Sequence record: AP019418.1
Reading direction: 5' to 3' (one strand)
DNA: 64,000 nucleotides
This document shows, one piece after another, positions 57,772-64,000 of this stretch (position 1 is the first letter of the stretch; each line of letters begins with the position of its first letter). The notes beneath the pieces were generated by a model. That model worked only from the letters and a program-made list of their open reading frames with translations. It was not told where the DNA came from and did not search any database. Position numbers and translations under genes: made by a program.

Positions 57772-59340
57772 CTATTCAGTTTCCTTGATTTCACTATCAA
57801 CTAGTTTCTCAAGTACGGTGATCCAGATCATCACACATTTAAACAGATCATTACTAGCTTCAGTGGTGCCAGTTAGATAAGCCTTACCAACATTGGTTGC
57901 TTCTTTATCAGTCATCTGTGCAATGATTTCAGCAGTTGACTCTTTAGAGATACCGCGAATATTATTTAGATGATTTAGGAGGTTATGAACTGCTTTTAGC
58001 TGAGCCATAACAACATTCTTATCAACTAATAGTTCAACAGTAATTCCATAGTTGGGTTTACCCGGTGCATCAAGAATGGAGAAGTCTACCGCAGCTTTGT
58101 CTTTACCAAAGGTATAAACACGATTACCGGGCACAACCGGGCTAGCATATCGGACACCATTAGCATTAATTTTGGTAGCTGTTCCAAACATACCTTTAGC
58201 TAAAGCCAGTGCTTTATCATCAGTTGTTTTTCCAGCTAAGGCTGCTTTAAGAGCACGCAGTCCATTCTTTTCAATGCTGTCAAATAGATTACGGATTACA
58301 GTAACCCCCTGAACAGGGTCTACACCAACCCAACTCTCACCAGTGTCACCTAGAATCAGATCGCGTGGAATTGCGATAGTACGAACTTCATCGGGTAGTT
58401 CATTCTCTTTAACGCGTTTCATGATCTTATTAACGCGTTCTATTTGATTACTGACATTCTGGCGAATACGTTGATAAGTTTCTACAACAATGCGAATTAG
58501 CTTCTTAATGAAATCTAATGCAACAGTAGATACTTCTTTTGCTTTAGCTTGTAGATTATCTAATACTTCAATAGAAGCTTTAGGCCGAGTTAGCGGTGAT
58601 ATAAAGGATTCCATTGATGGCACAGTGTTATTAAAATATTTATAGTCAAATGACTCTAGCGCGATGCTAATAGCTTTAGCTAGATCATGATCGACATCAT
58701 GCCCGCGATGATGGCGGTTACTAACTAAACCAATATAGTTTTCTAATGCAGTTTGAACAGATTCTACTTTAGTCAGTTCATTTACAATTGTAAACATTTC
58801 AACTGATAATGATTCTAGATGATCATCTAGTTCACCAGTGATGATATCTTCAGTAGTTTCCAGTAGTGCGGTGGCATCATAGCCATGGTCTAGCTGCTCA
58901 GTCTCATTGGCTTCCATAATAGAAATGTCTTCATTCGATGGGACATCTGCAATTTGGTGTGGTTTTTTGGTACTAACATTAAGATCTTTAGTATCACTTA
59001 CTTTAGTGATCATTTCATCAGCTGTTTCAGTGATTTCGTTTTCAACACGATCACCTTTAGCTACTTGGAATTCTTTTAGCCCTTGACTAACATGAATCTT
59101 CTTATCATTGATCTTATCAGCAGTTCCATCAACATCTGGACCTTTGCATACGTCAATTGGGGTATTGGTAACGACATTGGTAACTTCATCACATGGATTT
59201 ACTTTACCATCTTCATCATCTTTTAATTGTTCTGGTAATTCTTTACCAACATCAAGATTGACATTCTTATCTTCAGCATCAGAAACGCGCTCAAGACTTG
59301 CAAAGAAATCCATTGCGGGAACTGTTTTTTTCTTAGCCAT
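57772..59340 (-). CDS. Internal head (inner body) protein, gp162-like, with a long acidic propeptide
   Basis: Multiple S/A-x-E sites (SLE, ALE, SME, SVE), then ALDFIKKLIRIVVE; paralog of the neighbour. Confidence 0.8.
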   Translation of the reverse strand: MAKKKTVPAMDFFASLERVSDAEDKNVNLDVGKELPEQLKDDEDGKVNPCDEVTNVVTNTPIDVCKGPDVDGTADKINDKKIHVSQGLKEFQVAKGDRVENEITETADEMITKVSDTKDLNVSTKKPHQIADVPSNEDISIMEANETEQLDHGYDATALLETTEDIITGELDDHLESLSVEMFTIVNELTKVESVQTALENYIGLVSNRHHRGHDVDHDLAKAISIALESFDYKYFNNTVPSMESFISPLTRPKASIEVLDNLQAKAKEVSTVALDFIKKLIRIVVETYQRIRQNVSNQIERVNKIMKRVKENELPDEVRTIAIPRDLILGDTGESWVGVDPVQGVTVIRNLFDSIEKNGLRALKAALAGKTTDDKALALAKGMFGTATKINANGVRYASPVVPGNRVYTFGKDKAAVDFSILDAPGKPNYGITVELLVDKNVVMAQLKAVHNLLNHLNNIRGISKESTAEIIAQMTDKEATNVGKAYLTGTTEASNDLFKCVMIWITVLEKLVDSEIKETE

Positions 59341-59375
59341 TTTAAAACTCCGGAGTATTAAAGTTCATAAGGTTG

Positions 59376-60035
<660 letters not shown>

Positions 60036-60109
60036 TCATTCAATTGAGCACTATAGTTACTTTAAGACGAAATAATAGCGGATCCACTTTAAAGCAGATC
60101 CGCTTTAAA

Positions 60110-60583
60110 TTAAAATGCTTGACCAGGACAAACCCAAATATAATCACCAGTTGTTTGGCCATTAGGTCTGACTAATATAAATCGTTGTCCAACCGTACCG
60201 CGCACAGAAGCATCTTCAAATGGAAAACCTCTAGGTATAACTAATTTACCATCTTTGTCTTGTGCCCAAAAACTTAATGAGTCCCTAGTCTCTTTGCCAT
60301 TAATAGGATCTTTTTCATAGAAACTCAATACGAAAGTAAATCCATTTGGCAATGATGTATTATATTTAATAACAGTGCCAATAAATGTAGGTGTTGTTGG
60401 TGATGATACATATCCATCTTCTTCTTTAAAGATAATGTTAGTATCAAAATAATCTTTAACATCTAACAGATTATAAATAACATCATCTCCATAAAGAGGG
60501 TGTTTCATTTTTAATGGATATTTATTTATTGTTGTGTAAAATGCACCAGGAATGAAATTATCACATTTTGATGTATCTACCAT
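60110..60583 (-). CDS. Probable structural protein (157 aa)
   Basis: GGAG RBS; operon with the two upstream genes. Confidence 0.7.
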   Translation of the reverse strand: MVDTSKCDNFIPGAFYTTINKYPLKMKHPLYGDDVIYNLLDVKDYFDTNIIFKEEDGYVSSPTTPTFIGTVIKYNTSLPNGFTFVLSFYEKDPINGKETRDSLSFWAQDKDGKLVIPRGFPFEDASVRGTVGQRFILVRPNGQTTGDYIWVCPGQAF

Positions 60584-60586
60584 GAT

Positions 60587-61006
60587 TTACTCCTGTACAT
60601 CCGTCATTACACGTCCTTCGATAGACCAGTATAATTCATTTTCTAATGAATCATAAACCGTTCTATATTCACATGCCTCACCTTTGTTTAATTGACAGTC
60701 AACTTTGAATACACGGTTACCAACTAAACGATTACCATAAGCACGAATCACCAATAATCCATTTGTCTTATTAGCAATAGTAAATACATATTTACCTTTT
60801 TTAGTATCATAGGCAGTAGCTGGTAAATTTACTATAAATGGACTATCTGAATTATCATTATCAGTATAATTAGGATCTTCAACGATAATGTGCGCATTAA
60901 GATAAGTTGAGTCAATATCAAACTTACGTCCAGTTGCTTTAGACGTGTCAATTACTTTCATAGGTGGGTAGATATAACAGAATTCGCTCATGATTGCATC
61001 CACCAT
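60587..61006 (-). CDS. Probable structural beta-sandwich protein (139 aa)
   Basis: NLPA...FTIANKTN...IRAY pattern shared with the C-terminal domain of 60988-61938. Confidence 0.7.
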   Translation of the reverse strand: MVDAIMSEFCYIYPPMKVIDTSKATGRKFDIDSTYLNAHIIVEDPNYTDNDNSDSPFIVNLPATAYDTKKGKYVFTIANKTNGLLVIRAYGNRLVGNRVFKVDCQLNKGEACEYRTVYDSLENELYWSIEGRVMTDVQE

Positions 61007-61938
61007 GACAGACCAAGTGTATACATCGCTTTAGTTGTTTCATTATAACAGATAAATCGAGTATAGCCATTATTAGGTAAGAAACCAGTACTTGTATACA
61101 TTGGCCTAATGATACTCTGTTGATAAGCAGTAGCTATATCAACATCTTCATTAGTTAAATTCAGTATTCGATATTCAGCACCAGCCTTAAGTTTCTCGCT
61201 ATTGCCAGAAGGTAGTATAACACCTTTAGGTGACTCTGCTATTTGAGCACCATCTGGTTTAGGCATTAGTACCAATAGCCTACCTATAGCTTGATCATAA
61301 GGCGGACAAATCCAATTACCAAATTTACCTGTTTCATTATCAACTGTAATTGTAAATGGTACAAGCAATTGCGGGAATATCTGATAGCCATCTGTTGGTT
61401 CTGGATCAGGATCTGGATCTGGGTCAGGCGGATCAGGGTCAACATCACCACCTGAATGTAACCATAGATTTAACCATCCTCTCCACCATAGTGATGAATC
61501 AATAGCTTTAAATAAAAAGTTTGGTTGTTTCTTACCACCGGTATACGTTATATTAGATATTTCTAACCATATGTCACTAGCAGTAAAATTTAATTTAGCT
61601 TTATTAGCAACATACGCACCTAAAGCTTCGCTATTTTTTAATCCTTGAACAACCGTTACTTCCGATGCTGTCCAATATGGATTTTTAATATAATCATTAA
61701 CATTAAAACGATTATAAAGAAAGTCGTAATAAACAGCACTATTAGTTGCATCTTTTTGAATACGAACAAATGCCCTATTAGGCTCATCGATAGTTGCACT
61801 ATCCATTACCATTACGATAATGGACTTATCTTCAGATAAACCTAAATCCGGATATGCTGTTGTAACTGCTTTGAAGAAACCTATTCGTGGATCTTGTCCA
61901 CGCGGGTTATCCGCCAGATTAAGAGTGAATCTACGCAT
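60988..61938 (-). CDS. Probable structural two-domain protein with an Asp-Pro linker (316 aa)
   Basis: DVDPDPPDPDPDPEP linker separating two domains. Confidence 0.75.
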   Translation of the reverse strand: MRRFTLNLADNPRGQDPRIGFFKAVTTAYPDLGLSEDKSIIVMVMDSATIDEPNRAFVRIQKDATNSAVYYDFLYNRFNVNDYIKNPYWTASEVTVVQGLKNSEALGAYVANKAKLNFTASDIWLEISNITYTGGKKQPNFLFKAIDSSLWWRGWLNLWLHSGGDVDPDPPDPDPDPDPEPTDGYQIFPQLLVPFTITVDNETGKFGNWICPPYDQAIGRLLVLMPKPDGAQIAESPKGVILPSGNSEKLKAGAEYRILNLTNEDVDIATAYQQSIIRPMYTSTGFLPNNGYTRFICYNETTKAMYTLGLSWWMQS

Positions 61939-61961
61939 TGCGCCACCTTTAGATTAATATA

Positions 61962-61983
61962 AGAGAGGGCCTTTGCCCTCTCT
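61962..61983 (-). terminator. Hairpin/terminator
   Basis: AGAGAGGGC-CTTT-GCCCTCTCT. Confidence 0.7.
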
Positions 61984-61993
61984 CATTTATGCA

Positions 61994-63334
<1,341 letters not shown>

Positions 63335-63509
63335 TTAATCCTCATAATTAGAGCGCGATGGGTTTCCATCTATAAAATCAGTCTGTTCTAGTTGTGTTAA
63401 AATAAAAAGTCTGGTATTATGAGCTTTACGTAATACCCTTGTAACAGTCTATTGATAGAAATGCCAATACTGGCTTTTATGGGTAGGCATAGTACTAACA
63501 GAGGTCATC

Positions 63510-63800
63510 ATGCTCGGTTTGACTATTAAAGCCTTGCTCTTCGTTTGGCCATTCCTTAAGAGGGCTATCTTTGGTGATAGAACAATTAAGGAAGTGTTGC
63601 TGGAAAACAAACATGTCACGGCAATGTTAATCCTAGTTGTAATATTACTAGGTACCTTATTCATAGTGACTAGTGAGTTGAAGTCAGTTAAAGCAAGCAA
63701 CTGGGCCGTTAAAGCCGAAATGGATCGACTCAAGAAAATGACGCCTGAGAAGGCTGAAATGCTTGAGCGCCGCCGTCGTTTAAATGACTTGCTAAAGTAA
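63510..63800 (+). CDS. Single-TM plus coiled-coil membrane protein, candidate i-spanin
   Basis: GAGG RBS; TM VTAMLILVVILLGTLFIVT followed by a charged helical tail. Confidence 0.6.
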   Translation: MLGLTIKALLFVWPFLKRAIFGDRTIKEVLLENKHVTAMLILVVILLGTLFIVTSELKSVKASNWAVKAEMDRLKKMTPEKAEMLERRRRLNDLLK

Positions 63801-63820
63801 GTACCAAATTGGTGGATCAC

Positions 63821-64000
63821 ATGTCAAGAAAGTTCTTTCTAATACTCCTACCACTTATCAGTGGCTGTGTTTATACGCCACATGAGTACCACACGCACAA
63901 CACGACTGTGGTCCAATATGAGCACTCCTCTTCTACAGATGATCATACATCTGTTGTTACAACTAAAGAAGAGGTAATACAAAAAGTTCTGCCTACACCT
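63821..64000 (+). CDS. Lipoprotein, truncated by the window edge; candidate o-spanin (MSRKFFLILLPLISGCVYTPHEYH...)
   Basis: Translated by hand; basic N-region, hydrophobic core, lipobox ISG-C at Cys16; open to the window end. Confidence 0.65.
   Translation, partial: MSRKFFLILLPLISGCVYTPHEYHTHNTTVVQYEHSSSTDDHTSVVTTKEEVIQKVLPTP

Noticed and set aside
61390-61450. GATCC/GGATC-rich short repeats
   Set aside because: They encode the Asp-Pro linker; not a CRISPR array or DNA repeat element

Overview
AT-rich, densely coding window from a phiKZ-like Pseudomonas jumbo phage (Phikzvirus type, nucleus-forming family). It runs opposite to phiKZ gene numbering, roughly gp22x down to gp156. phiKZ gp numbers are recalled from gene order and protein size and were not verified by search. 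The left part (1-27 kb) holds mostly minus-strand small early/accessory genes plus dCTP deaminase, an AAA ATPase, a SLOG protein, an SF2 helicase, a DEDDh exonuclease and thymidylate kinase. The centre holds a tail protein, the 2241-aa tape-measure/lytic transglycosylase, virion RNA polymerase beta' and beta subunits, head proteins and the prohead protease. The right part holds an SbcC ATPase, central spike plus PAAR, inner-body head paralogs, structural genes and a candidate spanin pair. I found no tRNA, CRISPR array or intron. There is a 10-N scaffold gap at 20516-20525. Top finding: an ORF-less structured intergenic element at about 12971-13145. Its minus-strand RNA is complementary to the 3' end of host 16S rRNA in 21 contiguous pairs (all three non-Watson-Crick positions are G-U wobbles) plus a second block, and it skips the dimethylated helix-45 loop. 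It is a candidate ribosome-binding anti-16S RNA, or a 16S mimic if the plus strand is expressed. Other notable items: a pseudoknot-forming intercistronic RNA (20739-20796), a GC3-skewed intronless RNAP catalytic motif, a family of near-identical palindromes at convergent gene junctions, and several small genes missed by the ORF track.
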